Assembly: GCA_050946275.1 (NCBI GenBank)
Contig: JBMNUM010000006.1
Coordinates: forward strand, 28,173-92,172
Length of the DNA: 64,000 nt
Source of the DNA: Coriobacteriales bacterium
GTDB taxonomy: Bacteria > Actinomycetota > Coriobacteriia > Coriobacteriales > CADBOM01
Direction: 5' to 3'
Shown here: positions 1 through 11,381 of the stretch, in pieces
How positions within the stretch are numbered: position 1 is the stretch's first letter
Layout: each line of letters opens with the position of its first letter
Position numbers and translations under genes: made by a program
Notes under the pieces: model-generated
Seen by the model: only the letters and a program-made list of their open reading frames with translations
The model's database searches: none
What the model was told of the DNA's origin: nothing

Positions 1-216
1 CTTGTGCGGGCGATCCGGGCGGATACCCGACTCGTACATCGCATAGAGGATGCGGCGGTGCACCGGCTTGAGGCCATCGCGCACGTCCGGAAGGGCACGA
101 GCCACGATGACGCTCATCGCGTAGTCGAGGAAGTCCGTCCGCAGCTCGTTCGCGAGGTCGTCGGTAATGACGCTGCTTCCGCTGAGGTCGAGTTCCTGAG
201 TCTTGTCTTCAGCCAC
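1..216 (-). CDS. gyrA: DNA gyrase subunit A, 5' part (runs off window)
   Basis: Manual translation from GTG at 216: [60 protein letters not shown], the GyrA N-terminal signature; RBS AAGGAG; directly downstream of gyrB. Confidence 0.95.
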   Translation of the reverse strand, partial: MAEDKTQELDLSGSSVITDDLANELRTDFLDYAMSVIVARALPDVRDGLKPVHRRILYAMYESGIRPDRPHK

Positions 217-306
217 GTTCTCTCCTTACCTGAAGCTGTGGTCTTTCGTATCCGGTGCTCGGGCGGGCAATTTGAGGGCGCCGCCCTGCTGTCCGGTCTT
301 CGTTTT

Positions 307-2259
<1,953 letters not shown>

Positions 2260-2314
2260 TTATTTCTCCTCACGGCATGGCAATGCTCTACAGGACATAC
2301 GTCTGCCAAACCAA

Positions 2315-2330
2315 CATTTCACATGAAAAC
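2315..2330. promoter_or_regulatory. parS-like site
   Basis: CATTTCACATGAAAAC; core TTTCACATGAAA versus the parS consensus core TTTCACGTGAAA; intergenic and near oriC. Confidence 0.65.
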
Positions 2331-2446
2331 TTCCGCTCCCATGGCACAATATCTGGTAGCGTTCGGGAGCGCTTGCATGGCTATATTGTACCATGCCCGC
2401 ACCCTAAAGACTAAAATTTCGGCTTTAAAAGGGGTTTAAATTCCGC

Positions 2447-2947
2447 CTAAAGGCTTTTAGAGGCCTTAAGACCCTTTTTCCACTCCATATCGGAAATAAA
2501 AGCCTTTAAGAGCGTTTCTCTAAGCTTCTCGTCCTCGATGCCCTCTACTGACAGCCGGGCGTAGGCGAGCTCGCCTTCATCAAGCGGGACAGACTCGCAG
2601 TTATCCACATACCAGGGCTGCTCTTGCTCTCTTTTCACAAACTCCTTGCGAATACCCGTTTCCTTGGAGACGACGAAGAAGACATCTGTCACCGGCTCGC
2701 CGAGCTCGATCTCAAATCTCTGGCGATAGTATTCCTTGCTCATCGCAAGGTCGGCGGCCGCGTGCGGAGTATCGACGAATATGGCGATGGCGCCATCGCG
2801 CTTCTTGCTCTCGATAACGTTGTCTGTATGGCGGAGGGCCTTTTCGGGTGCAATCTGCTCCCACACCTCTTGGAGAAGCATGCTCTTTTGAAGCCGGGGG
2901 CTCGTGTTTGCCTCTATAACGGAACCGATTCCTGATTTCAGATCCAT
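2447..2947 (-). CDS. DUF721 / DciA-like protein
   Basis: Position between recF and gyrB typical of actinobacterial DUF721; W-x-x-I pattern and a single small domain plus C-terminal tail. Confidence 0.7.
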   Translation of the reverse strand: MDLKSGIGSVIEANTSPRLQKSMLLQEVWEQIAPEKALRHTDNVIESKKRDGAIAIFVDTPHAAADLAMSKEYYRQRFEIELGEPVTDVFFVVSKETGIRKEFVKREQEQPWYVDNCESVPLDEGELAYARLSVEGIEDEKLRETLLKAFISDMEWKKGLKASKSL

Positions 2948-2983
2948 GGTTCACCTTCAAGCTGCGTTTTGCGGATCTAGTTT

Positions 2984-4090
2984 TCAGCGCCCTATCTCGA
3001 ATACTCGCGCGTCGCGTAGGATTCTATCATCAATTTGCGATATATCCGTCGTGGTTATGAAAGTTTGCTTGTTATCGAGCAGATAATCAAGAAGCACATT
3101 CCTTTTTGCGAGATCGAGCTCGGAGAGCACGTCGTCGAGGAGCAGAAGCGGTCTCGTCCCCGCGATGTCCTCAATCGTTTTCATCTCAGCGATCTTCCAG
3201 GCCAAGGCTATGAAGCGCTGCTGCCCTTGAGAGGCATACTTGCGAGCATCATGAGCATTGAGATTGAAGAGGAGATCATCCCGTTGCGGCCCCACAAGAC
3301 ATCTTCCCGACGCGAGCTCCGCCTCGATATGGCCCTGCATCTGGGCGAGGATGAGCTGATAAAGCTCATCCTCGGTATACGTTGATTCGCGGATACCCTT
3401 CTCGTCGTGAGACCATGTCGGCAGGTAGAAAATCTCGAAGTCATTGGCAAAGTCGAGCTCCGCATATACCTGTCGCAGTTCCCCGGCGAACCTATTGAAG
3501 AGATTCAGCCGATGTTTGACAAGATGTGCGGCAATCTTCGCAACATTCTCGTTCCAAGCGGAAATCAACAGCTCATCGGGCCTTTGCTCAGCCTGAAGGA
3601 GGGCGTTCTTCTGGCGCAGAGCTTTCGAAAGCTCTGCTTTGAGGTCGTGGTACGTCCCGGAAAGCTGCATGCCTATGGCATCGAGGCCGTTTCTTCTCCG
3701 CTCCGCAGAACCCTTCACGATGTCGAGATCGTCGGGGTTGAAAATCACGGAGGGCAGCTCCCCGCGGAGGTCGTTGGTTGTGCGCCCTTTCCCGTTGAGC
3801 TGATAGCGCCTACGCGCGTCTTTTATATATAGGTCGATGTCGAGCTTTCTACCGCCGCCTTCTAAGGCGGCGCGAATGTCGGCTTTTTCACAGCCCCAGC
3901 GCACCATCTCGTTCCATTTGGAGGTTCTGAAAGACTCCAGAGAGGTTACGAGCTGGATAGCCTCGATGATATTGGTCTTTCCCGCTCCGTTTGGCCCAAC
4001 GAGAATGTTGAAACGTTGGAGTTCCCCGCTATCGAAGAACTCGTGACTTCTGAAATTCTGGAGCCTGATGTAGGAAAGCCTCATCCCCAT
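2984..4090 (-). CDS. recF: DNA replication/repair protein RecF
   Basis: NFRS, Walker A GPNGAGKTN, GPQRDDL, SQGQQR, LLLDDVLSELD. Confidence 0.97.
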   Translation of the reverse strand: MGMRLSYIRLQNFRSHEFFDSGELQRFNILVGPNGAGKTNIIEAIQLVTSLESFRTSKWNEMVRWGCEKADIRAALEGGGRKLDIDLYIKDARRRYQLNGKGRTTNDLRGELPSVIFNPDDLDIVKGSAERRRNGLDAIGMQLSGTYHDLKAELSKALRQKNALLQAEQRPDELLISAWNENVAKIAAHLVKHRLNLFNRFAGELRQVYAELDFANDFEIFYLPTWSHDEKGIRESTYTEDELYQLILAQMQGHIEAELASGRCLVGPQRDDLLFNLNAHDARKYASQGQQRFIALAWKIAEMKTIEDIAGTRPLLLLDDVLSELDLAKRNVLLDYLLDNKQTFITTTDISQIDDRILRDARVFEIGR

Positions 4091-4107
4091 GCGCGGACTG
4101 CGGCTCG

Positions 4108-5208
4108 TTAGTCGTTGAGCTTGACCGGCATGGAAAGGTAGAAGAACTTTTCCTCGCCAACAGACTTGAGGACGCCGGGTTTGAGCGGGCTGTTGGCCTC
4201 GAACACAACCTCCTCGGTGGAAATGGCATTAAGGCCATCCATCAAATACTGATAGTTGAACCCGATGAGGATTTGCTCTCCGTCAATCTGCGCGTCGACG
4301 GTTTCCTTCGCTCCTCCGACGTCCGCCACCTTGGCGGAGATGACGATTTGCTGGAGCTCTGGTAAGAGCTCCAGGCGGATCTGCATATACTCCTGCGCCA
4401 TGACGGAGACGCGCTTGATGGCATCGAGAAGGGTTTTCGTTTCCACAACGGCGGAAATGGTCTTCTCCTTGGGGATGATTTGCTTGTAGTTCGGATAATT
4501 TCCCTCAAGTTTTCTCGTGACGAATGTGCTCTGCCCGAACTTGAAGAGGATTTGGTTGTCGTTATACCCGATTTCCAGGGAATCTTCCTTGCCAAGCAGC
4601 CTGCAAACGTCGTCTAGCACGCTACCGGGAATAACGAGCTGGAAGGTTCCGTCGTGATTTTCAATCGAAGACTCATCGATCGCGAGGCGATACGAGTCGG
4701 TTGCGACCATGGAGATATTTTCACCCTCGGCGACAACGTTGATACCCGTGAGAATCATATGCGACTCATCACGAGACACGGCTTTCGAAACCTTCTTCAC
4801 CATCTCGGAGGCGCGGCCTGCGGGAATCACGATGCTCTCGGCTGCCTCAACCTCGGGGAATGCCGGAAAATCCTTGGCCTGCATGGTTTTCATCGAGAAC
4901 CGCGAGGAGAGGCACTCGATTATGAACTGCTCTCCGTCCAGGCTGCACGAGACTGCTGCCTCAGGAAGAGTTTTCACCAACTCGGAGATAAGCTTGCCGG
5001 GAACGACGGTTTCTCCCTCATTCTCCACGAGGGCGGGGGTGGAGACTCGAACGCTCGTCTCAAGATCCGTCGTCTGCAGAAGGATGGATCCATCCTGGGC
5101 CTTGATATACACGCCCGAGAGGATAGGGAGCGTCGAGCGGCCAGACCGGCCCTTTGCCGTGATGTTGAGTGCATTGAGGAAATCGGTCTTCGAGATGTTG
5201 AATTTCAC
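4108..5208 (-). CDS. dnaN: DNA polymerase III beta clamp
   Basis: PILSG, TDLE, VATDSYRLA, GNYPNY, IGFNYQYL, MPV C-terminus; start placed at GTG 5208 (MKFNISK), alternative 5217. Confidence 0.97.
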   Translation of the reverse strand: MKFNISKTDFLNALNITAKGRSGRSTLPILSGVYIKAQDGSILLQTTDLETSVRVSTPALVENEGETVVPGKLISELVKTLPEAAVSCSLDGEQFIIECLSSRFSMKTMQAKDFPAFPEVEAAESIVIPAGRASEMVKKVSKAVSRDESHMILTGINVVAEGENISMVATDSYRLAIDESSIENHDGTFQLVIPGSVLDDVCRLLGKEDSLEIGYNDNQILFKFGQSTFVTRKLEGNYPNYKQIIPKEKTISAVVETKTLLDAIKRVSVMAQEYMQIRLELLPELQQIVISAKVADVGGAKETVDAQIDGEQILIGFNYQYLMDGLNAISTEEVVFEANSPLKPGVLKSVGEEKFFYLSMPVKLND

Positions 5209-5254
5209 TGTTTTCACCTATCTTCGAGGATGGTTGTCCTGTGTTTTTCTTTCC

Positions 5255-5430
5255 TTCTTTTATATTTTTTATTTCATTATTGTAATAGAGACTGTGAAAA
5301 GTTGGGAAAACTAGCAAAAGCCCAATATTCCCGCTTTGCTTGTCTGTTGAAGAAGAGTGCTGGTTTTTCACTTCCTTCAACAGGTTGGCTCTGCTTGTTT
5401 CTTTCTTCTTCCTTTCCCCAAGCTTTTCAC
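5255..5430 (-). other. oriC, dnaA-dnaN segment with unwinding element (tandem DnaA boxes, DnaA-trios, AT-rich tract)
   Basis: On the dnaA strand: TTTTCCCAA CTTTTCACA (5310-5293), GTCTC spacer, TAT TAC AAT AAT GAA trios (5287-5273), then ATAAAAAATATA; same layout as the B. subtilis basal unwinding system. Confidence 0.8.
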
Positions 5431-5480
5431 CATGGTTTGCCGTGATTTTCCTTTCCGCGCGTAGCAGCGCGGAAAGGCCG

Positions 5481-7028
5481 TTATCCTTCCTTTTCGGTTG
5501 AGGTAATGAGGTCGCTCATGCGCTCGATCTCATTGAAGAAATCCCTGTCTGCCTGGCGCTTGCTTTCGATGTTCTTATAGGCGTGCACCACGCTCGAGTG
5601 GTCTTTCTTGAAAGCCTTTCCGATTTCTGGGTAGGAGGCCTGGGTGAGCACGCGCGAAAGATACATGCCAACCTGGCGTGCGTTGCTAATGTGGCGCGGG
5701 CGCTGGGAACCCAGGAGTTCTCCGTGGGTGACATTGTAATACAATTCGACAAAGCGCTGAATGTCGGAGATGGTAATTTTTTCTGCCATGTTGGTGAAGA
5801 AGATTTTGGAAACGATCTCCTCGGCTTCCTCGACTGTGATGGGACCTTCCTTGCCTGAACGGCTGAAGGAGATGTAAACGACGAGACTTGCAGCTGCACC
5901 CTCGAGGTTTCTGATATTGGAATTGGAGAGCTCGACAACGCGATTGATAACTTCGTTTGGAATCTCGAGATCGGGCTGGTTTTGCTTCCTCTTGAGGTCT
6001 TCGATGTGGTTCTTGAAGATTTTGAGTTTCGTTTCGAATAGAGGTGCCTGGATGTCCGCGGTGACGCCGTTGGCAAAACGACTTCTCAGGCGCTCATCGA
6101 GATTGATATCCTTCGGCGCGCGGTCGGCTGAGAGAACGATTTGCTTCTTGTTTTGAATCATGAGATTGAAAATCTTGAAGAACTCGTTAGTGGTCTCTTC
6201 CTTGCCCTCGAGGAATTGGACGTCGTCGAGGAGCAGCATATCTGCTGTCTTGTATTTCATGGTGAAGCTGCTCCAGTCATCAGCCCCGAGAGCCTCAACA
6301 TAATCCTCGACAAGTGTTGTTGTCGGAGAGTAGGTGACCTTCTTCTCCGGATAGTTCTTGTTCACATAATCCTTGATGGCGAGCAGCAGGTGGGTTTTCC
6401 CAAGCCCCGAGCGCCCGTATATAAATAAGGGGTTGTTGATTTCGCCCGGATTCTCGGCGACGGAGTAGGCCGCGCCATAGGCATAGCTGTTCGTATCGGC
6501 CACAACGAAGGAATCGAATGTCTTGGTGCCGCTGTCTGGCTTTTGGGACGGTGTAGAGCTTTCGATAGATTCCGTCTGGTTGTGAAAAGTTTGGAAAAAC
6601 TCGTTTGAGGGCTCCTCTGCTGAGAGGGAACCCCTTTGGTTATCCTGCCTTTTCGATTGAGCAGTCTCCTCCGGGTGAGGTTTTGTGTTGTCGGAAGCCT
6701 GTTCGCTTGCGCGGTCGTATTTTCCAAAAATCAGCTCCGTTTGCTGTGGATCGATTCCACTTGGGATGTCAGACAGCACGACGTGCACCTCGGCATTTGT
6801 GCCAAGTATGCCCGAAAGAGCCTTGTTCAGTGATTTGCCATAGTTTGCCGTGATGTACTCGCTTGCCCATTTATTATCCGTTGAGAGGATAAGCGAATTA
6901 TCGGAAAGAAGCTGCGGGGCCAGTGCCTTGAGGAAACCGTTCATCATCGTCGTATCGATGGTGGTGTCGGTGTTGAGCTCCTCGACGACCAGCCCCCAAA
7001 CTTCTCCTGCAGTACGCGTGCTACTCAT
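5481..7028 (-). CDS. dnaA: Chromosomal replication initiator DnaA
   Basis: TFDSFVV, NPLFIYGRSGLGKTHLL, LLLDDVQFL, RLRSRF, NIRNLEGA, domain IV ARQVGMYL...KDHSSVVHA; start placed at ATG 7028. Confidence 0.97.
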   Translation of the reverse strand: MSSTRTAGEVWGLVVEELNTDTTIDTTMMNGFLKALAPQLLSDNSLILSTDNKWASEYITANYGKSLNKALSGILGTNAEVHVVLSDIPSGIDPQQTELIFGKYDRASEQASDNTKPHPEETAQSKRQDNQRGSLSAEEPSNEFFQTFHNQTESIESSTPSQKPDSGTKTFDSFVVADTNSYAYGAAYSVAENPGEINNPLFIYGRSGLGKTHLLLAIKDYVNKNYPEKKVTYSPTTTLVEDYVEALGADDWSSFTMKYKTADMLLLDDVQFLEGKEETTNEFFKIFNLMIQNKKQIVLSADRAPKDINLDERLRSRFANGVTADIQAPLFETKLKIFKNHIEDLKRKQNQPDLEIPNEVINRVVELSNSNIRNLEGAAASLVVYISFSRSGKEGPITVEEAEEIVSKIFFTNMAEKITISDIQRFVELYYNVTHGELLGSQRPRHISNARQVGMYLSRVLTQASYPEIGKAFKKDHSSVVHAYKNIESKRQADRDFFNEIERMSDLITSTEKEG

Positions 7029-7079
7029 TTTTCCAACCTCTTCGAACCTACTCTTGTATATGTAGCCATTGGCAATCCC

Positions 7080-7570
7080 AAAGGTTTTCACAAGGGGTTT
7101 GATAGAGAAGTAATATGGACACGCCCGGGTTTACAGCGGCTTTCCCAATTATTCACAAACAGAATCACAAACTGTGGAAAACAATCAGTGAAAAACTCCC
7201 TAAGAGTGAAAAAACATAGCACCTGTGAAAACTTCACATGATTGGCGCCATGTTATCTCCTTGCGATTTGCCCTGATGGCTATTCAGTTGTCATCATCGT
7301 TACGATCCCTGGTGCAGTTAGATGATGTTCAGTGGCGTTTTTCCTGATAGATGTACATTTTTTTCAAAAGCGTATGCTAAAAATTAATACGAAAGAACAG
7401 AATGTCAACATCGAAACTTTGTTCGTCGCTAAAAGTTTTTCACATGCTTTGAGCCGTGAGCATAAGCGTTACTCACAATTTTCACAGTTATTGGAAGCCC
7501 TTAAATTTATTTTCTGTTGATAACTCGATACAAAAAGGTTCAGGTTGTGAAAATTTGGGAAACTCTGACA
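7080..7570. other. oriC, dnaA-rpmH segment (cluster of degenerate DnaA boxes, AT-rich)
   Basis: GTTTTCACA 7084, CTTTCCCAA+TTATTCACA 7140-7157, TGTGGAAAA 7173, TGTGAAAAC 7224, TTTTTCACA 7436, TTACTCACA+ATTTTCACA 7469-7486, TGTTGATAA 7515, TGTGAAAAT+TTGGGAAAC 7546-7563. Confidence 0.8.
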
Positions 7571-7744
7571 GGTGGATACCTTTTGCGCCTGGGGCGCGCG
7601 GGAAAGGCTCGGTTGGGTGCAGGTTGATCGCCTGTAACACTGCTCGCTAAGTCATATTTATGCCCTGCTTGGCCGGTGCGCCGTTGGTGTGCAATCGCTT
7701 ACCGATAGAATTTGCCCACGTCTTGAAAATATGGTTGCATCGGT

Positions 7745-7774
7745 TTGACAGGTTAGAAGCGACACTCCTATACT
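7745..7774 (+). promoter_or_regulatory. sigma70-type promoter of the rpmH operon
   Basis: TTGACA (7745-7750), 18 nt, TATACT (7769-7774). Confidence 0.7.
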
Positions 7775-7816
7775 TTCGGTTCGCGCCTAATTCAGGCTTT
7801 TGGAAGGAAGATCAAC

Positions 7817-7951
7817 ATGAAGAGAACGTACCAGCCGAATAAGAGGAAAAGGGCCAAGTGCCATGGCTTCAGGGCTCGCATGGCAACCAAGGGTGGCCGC
7901 AAGGTTCTTGCCGCGCGCAGGAGGAAGCAGCGCAAAGAGCTTTGCGTCTAG
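7817..7951 (+). CDS. rpmH: 50S ribosomal protein L34
   Basis: Manual translation [44 protein letters not shown]; below ORF-track length cutoff; RBS AAGGAAG. Confidence 0.98.
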   Translation: MKRTYQPNKRKRAKCHGFRARMATKGGRKVLAARRRKQRKELCV

Positions 7952-7960
7952 GTCTGTTGT

Positions 7961-8335
7961 ATGAGGGGAACGGTTAAGAGCAAGGCCGAGATCGACTCCC
8001 TGTTTAAAAATGGCAGGCGATACAAGGCCCGTGGCCTCATCCTCATAACAAATCCAACACCTGAGCAGCGCGGCCATAGTGGCCGCGTCGCTTATATTGC
8101 AGGTAAAAAGCTCGGTAAGGCGCCGTTGCGCAATAGGGCAAAGCGCCTGATGAGGGAAGCAGTCTCGCGCGCGGGAGGAGCAATTCCCGGAATCGACATG
8201 GTGTATGTTGCCCAGGGGAAGCTTCTCGGCATGGAATTCTCCCAGATCGAGGCGGAGTGCAAACGGCTGCGCGGGCAGGTTTTGGTAGATATAAGCGGGC
8301 TTTCTGGAGAACGAACGGCGGCAGGCGAAGAGTAG
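7961..8335 (+). CDS. rnpA: Ribonuclease P protein component
   Basis: KKLGKAPLRNRAKRLMRE motif; follows rpmH. Confidence 0.93.
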   Translation: MRGTVKSKAEIDSLFKNGRRYKARGLILITNPTPEQRGHSGRVAYIAGKKLGKAPLRNRAKRLMREAVSRAGGAIPGIDMVYVAQGKLLGMEFSQIEAECKRLRGQVLVDISGLSGERTAAGEE

Positions 8336-8371
8336 CCGGTTATTTTCGTTGCGGCGAGGACGGCGGGTTAT

Positions 8372-8623
8372 ATGGAGAACAAGCACAAGATAATGCGTTT
8401 CGTTCGGTCTATACCCAAATATATTGTGCTTGGGCTCATACGTTTCTATCGCGCATGCATTTCGCCCCTCCTGCCGCCTAGCTGTCGCTATGTTCCAACG
8501 TGTTCCGAATATGCGATAATTGCAGTTCAGCGTTATGGGGCACTCAAGGGCTCATTCCTGGCGTTGAAAAGAATTGGAAGGTGCCATCCTTTCCATGAGG
8601 GCGGGTACGACCCCGTGCCGTAA
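8372..8623 (+). CDS. yidD: Membrane protein insertion efficiency factor
   Basis: [19 protein letters not shown]...[17 protein letters not shown]. Confidence 0.96.
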   Translation: MENKHKIMRFVRSIPKYIVLGLIRFYRACISPLLPPSCRYVPTCSEYAIIAVQRYGALKGSFLALKRIGRCHPFHEGGYDPVP

Positions 8624-8656
8624 GGCGAGGAGCGGCAGGATAGTTGGAGGTTCGCC

Positions 8657-9415
8657 GTGTGGGCGGCATTTCAAGACTGGATCTTTGACGTAATCAATTG
8701 GTTCTACGAATTCGTCGGCGACTGGGGCCTGGCAATCATCATCGTCACTATCATCTTCAGGCTCATCATCACGCCTTTGGTCGTCAAGCAGACGAAGTCG
8801 AACTACGCGATGCAAAAGCTGAACCCGAAGATGCAGGAAATCCGTGCTCTTTATGCGGATGATCCGCAGAAACAGCAGCAGGAGACGCAGAAGCTCTACT
8901 CCGAGGCGAAGTTCAACCCAATTAGCGGTTGTCTTCCCATCATTTTGCAGATGCCGATCTTCATCGCGCTGTTCCAGGTGCTTCGTTCCCTGACAGAGCG
9001 AGTCGACCCTGGCACGGTTCTGACGTTCTATGGCATTCTCCCCGATTTGTCGCTCTCGCCGCAGCAGGCGTTTAATACAGGCGGCCTTCTCTACTGCATT
9101 CCGTACTACATCACGGTCGCGCTGTTCGCGGTTTCGATTCTGGTTCCCATGCTGCTCAATGGCCAGGCCAGGGACAAGAAGACGCTCATCATGTCGTTCG
9201 TCATGGTTATGTTCATGGCATGGATCGGTGTCTCCTCGCCCGCCGGCGTGCTCTTGTTCTGGGTTGCTTCCTCGATCATCGGTATCCTCACCCAGCAGAT
9301 CCTCATGAGGAAGTACAAGAAAGAGGACGAGGTTAAGGAAGCCGCTGAGGTTAAGCCTGTCAAGGTTAACGTTGCCCGCAAGGAGAAGAAGGCGCGCCCC
9401 ACGAAGAAGCGCTAG
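8657..9415 (+). CDS. yidC: Membrane protein insertase YidC/Oxa1
   Basis: WGLAIIIVTIIFR, MQKLNPKMQEI, GCLPIILQMPIFIALF, GVLLFW. Confidence 0.95.
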   Translation: MWAAFQDWIFDVINWFYEFVGDWGLAIIIVTIIFRLIITPLVVKQTKSNYAMQKLNPKMQEIRALYADDPQKQQQETQKLYSEAKFNPISGCLPIILQMPIFIALFQVLRSLTERVDPGTVLTFYGILPDLSLSPQQAFNTGGLLYCIPYYITVALFAVSILVPMLLNGQARDKKTLIMSFVMVMFMAWIGVSSPAGVLLFWVASSIIGILTQQILMRKYKKEDEVKEAAEVKPVKVNVARKEKKARPTKKR

Positions 9416-9459
9416 AGCGTTAACGCTTGGCTCCCATAGTTGAGAACGGAGAAGGTGTA

Positions 9460-10194
9460 ATGGAAGAGAAGCATTTCGCCGGCACCTCGATCATGGATGC
9501 CGCCGAGAAGGCTGCAGCTGAGTATGGTTGTGGTGTCGATGATCTCGATTACGAGCTTGTCGCCGAGGATGACGGGAACAAGGAGTACAACGATCCCGAT
9601 AACCCCGTTGAGATAGTCGTCTATGGTGTCATCGAGCAGGAGGCCCCGGCACAGGAAGCCGCGCCGCGCCCCTCCTCGCATGATTCCGAGTCCCACTCGC
9701 TCCCCCGCAAGGACCCCGCCTCGCTGAGCGAGGAGGAATTCGACTTCATTGCCGACACTGCGACGGAGACTATCAGGGATATCCTGAAGTACTTTGGTGC
9801 GGAAGGCTCGGAAATCGACGAGTATGAGGGTGACGAGGGCGAGATTATCCTCGACGTCGTCGGCTCCGAGCTCGCTTATCTCATCGGACGTCACGGCAGG
9901 ACGCTCGATGCCTTCCAGTTCCTGGTCACCTCCATTACCAACAAGAAGCTCGGCTTCCGCGTGCCCGTCACCGTTGACGTGGAGGGTTACAAGAACCGCC
10001 GAAAGGAGAAGATCGAGAACATGGCGCTTAACGCTGCGTCTCGCGCTGTCAGGCAGGGCGGCGAGGTTCGTATGCGCCCGATGTCTCCGTATGAGCGTCG
10101 TATCGTCCACCTTGCTCTTCGCGAAAACGATCGCGTCGAGACGTATTCCGAGGGCGAGGATCCCTCGCGCTACGTCATTATCAAGGCGAAGTAG
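9460..10194 (+). CDS. jag: Jag/EloR RNA-binding protein (KH + R3H)
   Basis: LIGRHGRTLDAFQ (KH), PMSPYERRIVHLAL...SEGEDPSRYVII (R3H); synteny. Confidence 0.92.
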   Translation: MEEKHFAGTSIMDAAEKAAAEYGCGVDDLDYELVAEDDGNKEYNDPDNPVEIVVYGVIEQEAPAQEAAPRPSSHDSESHSLPRKDPASLSEEEFDFIADTATETIRDILKYFGAEGSEIDEYEGDEGEIILDVVGSELAYLIGRHGRTLDAFQFLVTSITNKKLGFRVPVTVDVEGYKNRRKEKIENMALNAASRAVRQGGEVRMRPMSPYERRIVHLALRENDRVETYSEGEDPSRYVIIKAK

Positions 10195-10220
10195 TCTCTC
10201 TGCGATAAACGTGCACTGAC

Positions 10221-10250
10221 GCCCGGCATCTTTTGATGCCGGGCTTTTTT
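10221..10250 (+). terminator. Rho-independent terminator
   Basis: GCCCGGCATC-TTTT-GATGCCGGGC followed by TTTTTT. Confidence 0.9.
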
Positions 10251-10468
10251 ATGCCTCTAGGTATAGGCATTGATGGACTGTCGACTAGAAAGGATGAAGA
10301 TAGACGGTCGGTGATCTAGTAGGCATTCTGTACAATAACAATGCGTTGTCTGCGTTTGGACAACGTATAGTGCCTTAAATAGAAACACGTTCTATGCCAA
10401 TTATCCATGCCTCGTTGGTTTTTGGCAGAAAACGTACTTGATATGCGGATTGAAGAGGAGCGAGAGCA

Positions 10469-11137
10469 ATGGAGAGGCTCGAGGATGCGAACCTCCAGAC
10501 AATCAAGCTGTATCTCAAGCGGATGCTGGAAATCAACAAGTCGATCAATCTGACTGCGGTGCGTGATTATGATAAGGGACTGGTTCTCCATGTAGAGGAT
10601 TCCCTCGAAGGACTGGGTTTAGCACGGACGCTGCTTGAGGGCCGGATGGCAGACATCGGAAGTGGATGTGGGTTCCCTGGAGTTGCCCTTGCGGTTGCGT
10701 TGCAGGCGCCTTGTGACCTTATCGATTCATCGACCAAGAAGATGAAGGCTGTGTCTTCTTTGCTTGGCGACCTGGGTTTAGGAGACCTGATCGCGACCCA
10801 TCCTGCTCGTCTGGAAGAGTACGCGCTTGATAATCCCTCTTGCTACAACTTGATTACAGCGAGGGCTCTCGCTTCTATAAGAGTCGTCCTCGAGCTGGCA
10901 TCTCCCCTGCTTGAGCTAGGAGGGCACCTGCTGTTGTACAAGTCTTCGAAGGTCGAGGAAGAGCTTGCTGAGGCTGAGCCGATGGCAGACAAGGTCGGGA
11001 TGGCCTTTGCTAGTAGGAAGGACGTGGAGCTTAGCAATGGAGATCCACGGAGCCTCGTCGTGTTCAAAAAGGTCCACGAGCCCCTCGTAGATCTTCCTAG
11101 AAGAGTCGGAAAGGCCCAAAAGAGCCCGCTGATCTAA
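10469..11137 (+). CDS. rsmG: 16S rRNA m7G527 methyltransferase
   Basis: NLTAV, HVEDSL, DIGSGCGFPG, TARALA, PRRVGKAQKSPL. Confidence 0.93.
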   Translation: MERLEDANLQTIKLYLKRMLEINKSINLTAVRDYDKGLVLHVEDSLEGLGLARTLLEGRMADIGSGCGFPGVALAVALQAPCDLIDSSTKKMKAVSSLLGDLGLGDLIATHPARLEEYALDNPSCYNLITARALASIRVVLELASPLLELGGHLLLYKSSKVEEELAEAEPMADKVGMAFASRKDVELSNGDPRSLVVFKKVHEPLVDLPRRVGKAQKSPLI

Positions 11138-11192
11138 TCGCTCTCTCCTGCACGAGTTGTCGGCCGAGCATGCCGCTCAGAAGCCCTACGAG

Positions 11193-11244
11193 CATTTCAC
11201 ATGAAATCTTCCGTGCTTCAACATCGGACTTTTCACGTGAAATG
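11193..11244. promoter_or_regulatory. Two parS sites upstream of parA
   Basis: TTTCACATGAAA (11195-11206) and TTTCACGTGAAA (11231-11242). Confidence 0.8.
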
Positions 11245-11329
11245 TCACAGGTACATTACGCCTACGGACCAGTGGATTTAACGATGCCGTCGTAATATTT
11301 CGACAGGTATTCCACAACTATTTCAAGTA

Positions 11330-11358
11330 TCGACAACGTTTAGCGCTCATCCTATAAT
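11330..11358 (+). promoter_or_regulatory. Putative parAB promoter
   Basis: TCGACA, 17 nt, TATAAT. Confidence 0.6.
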
Positions 11359-11381
11359 CACGGTTCCAAGAAAGGAGCACG

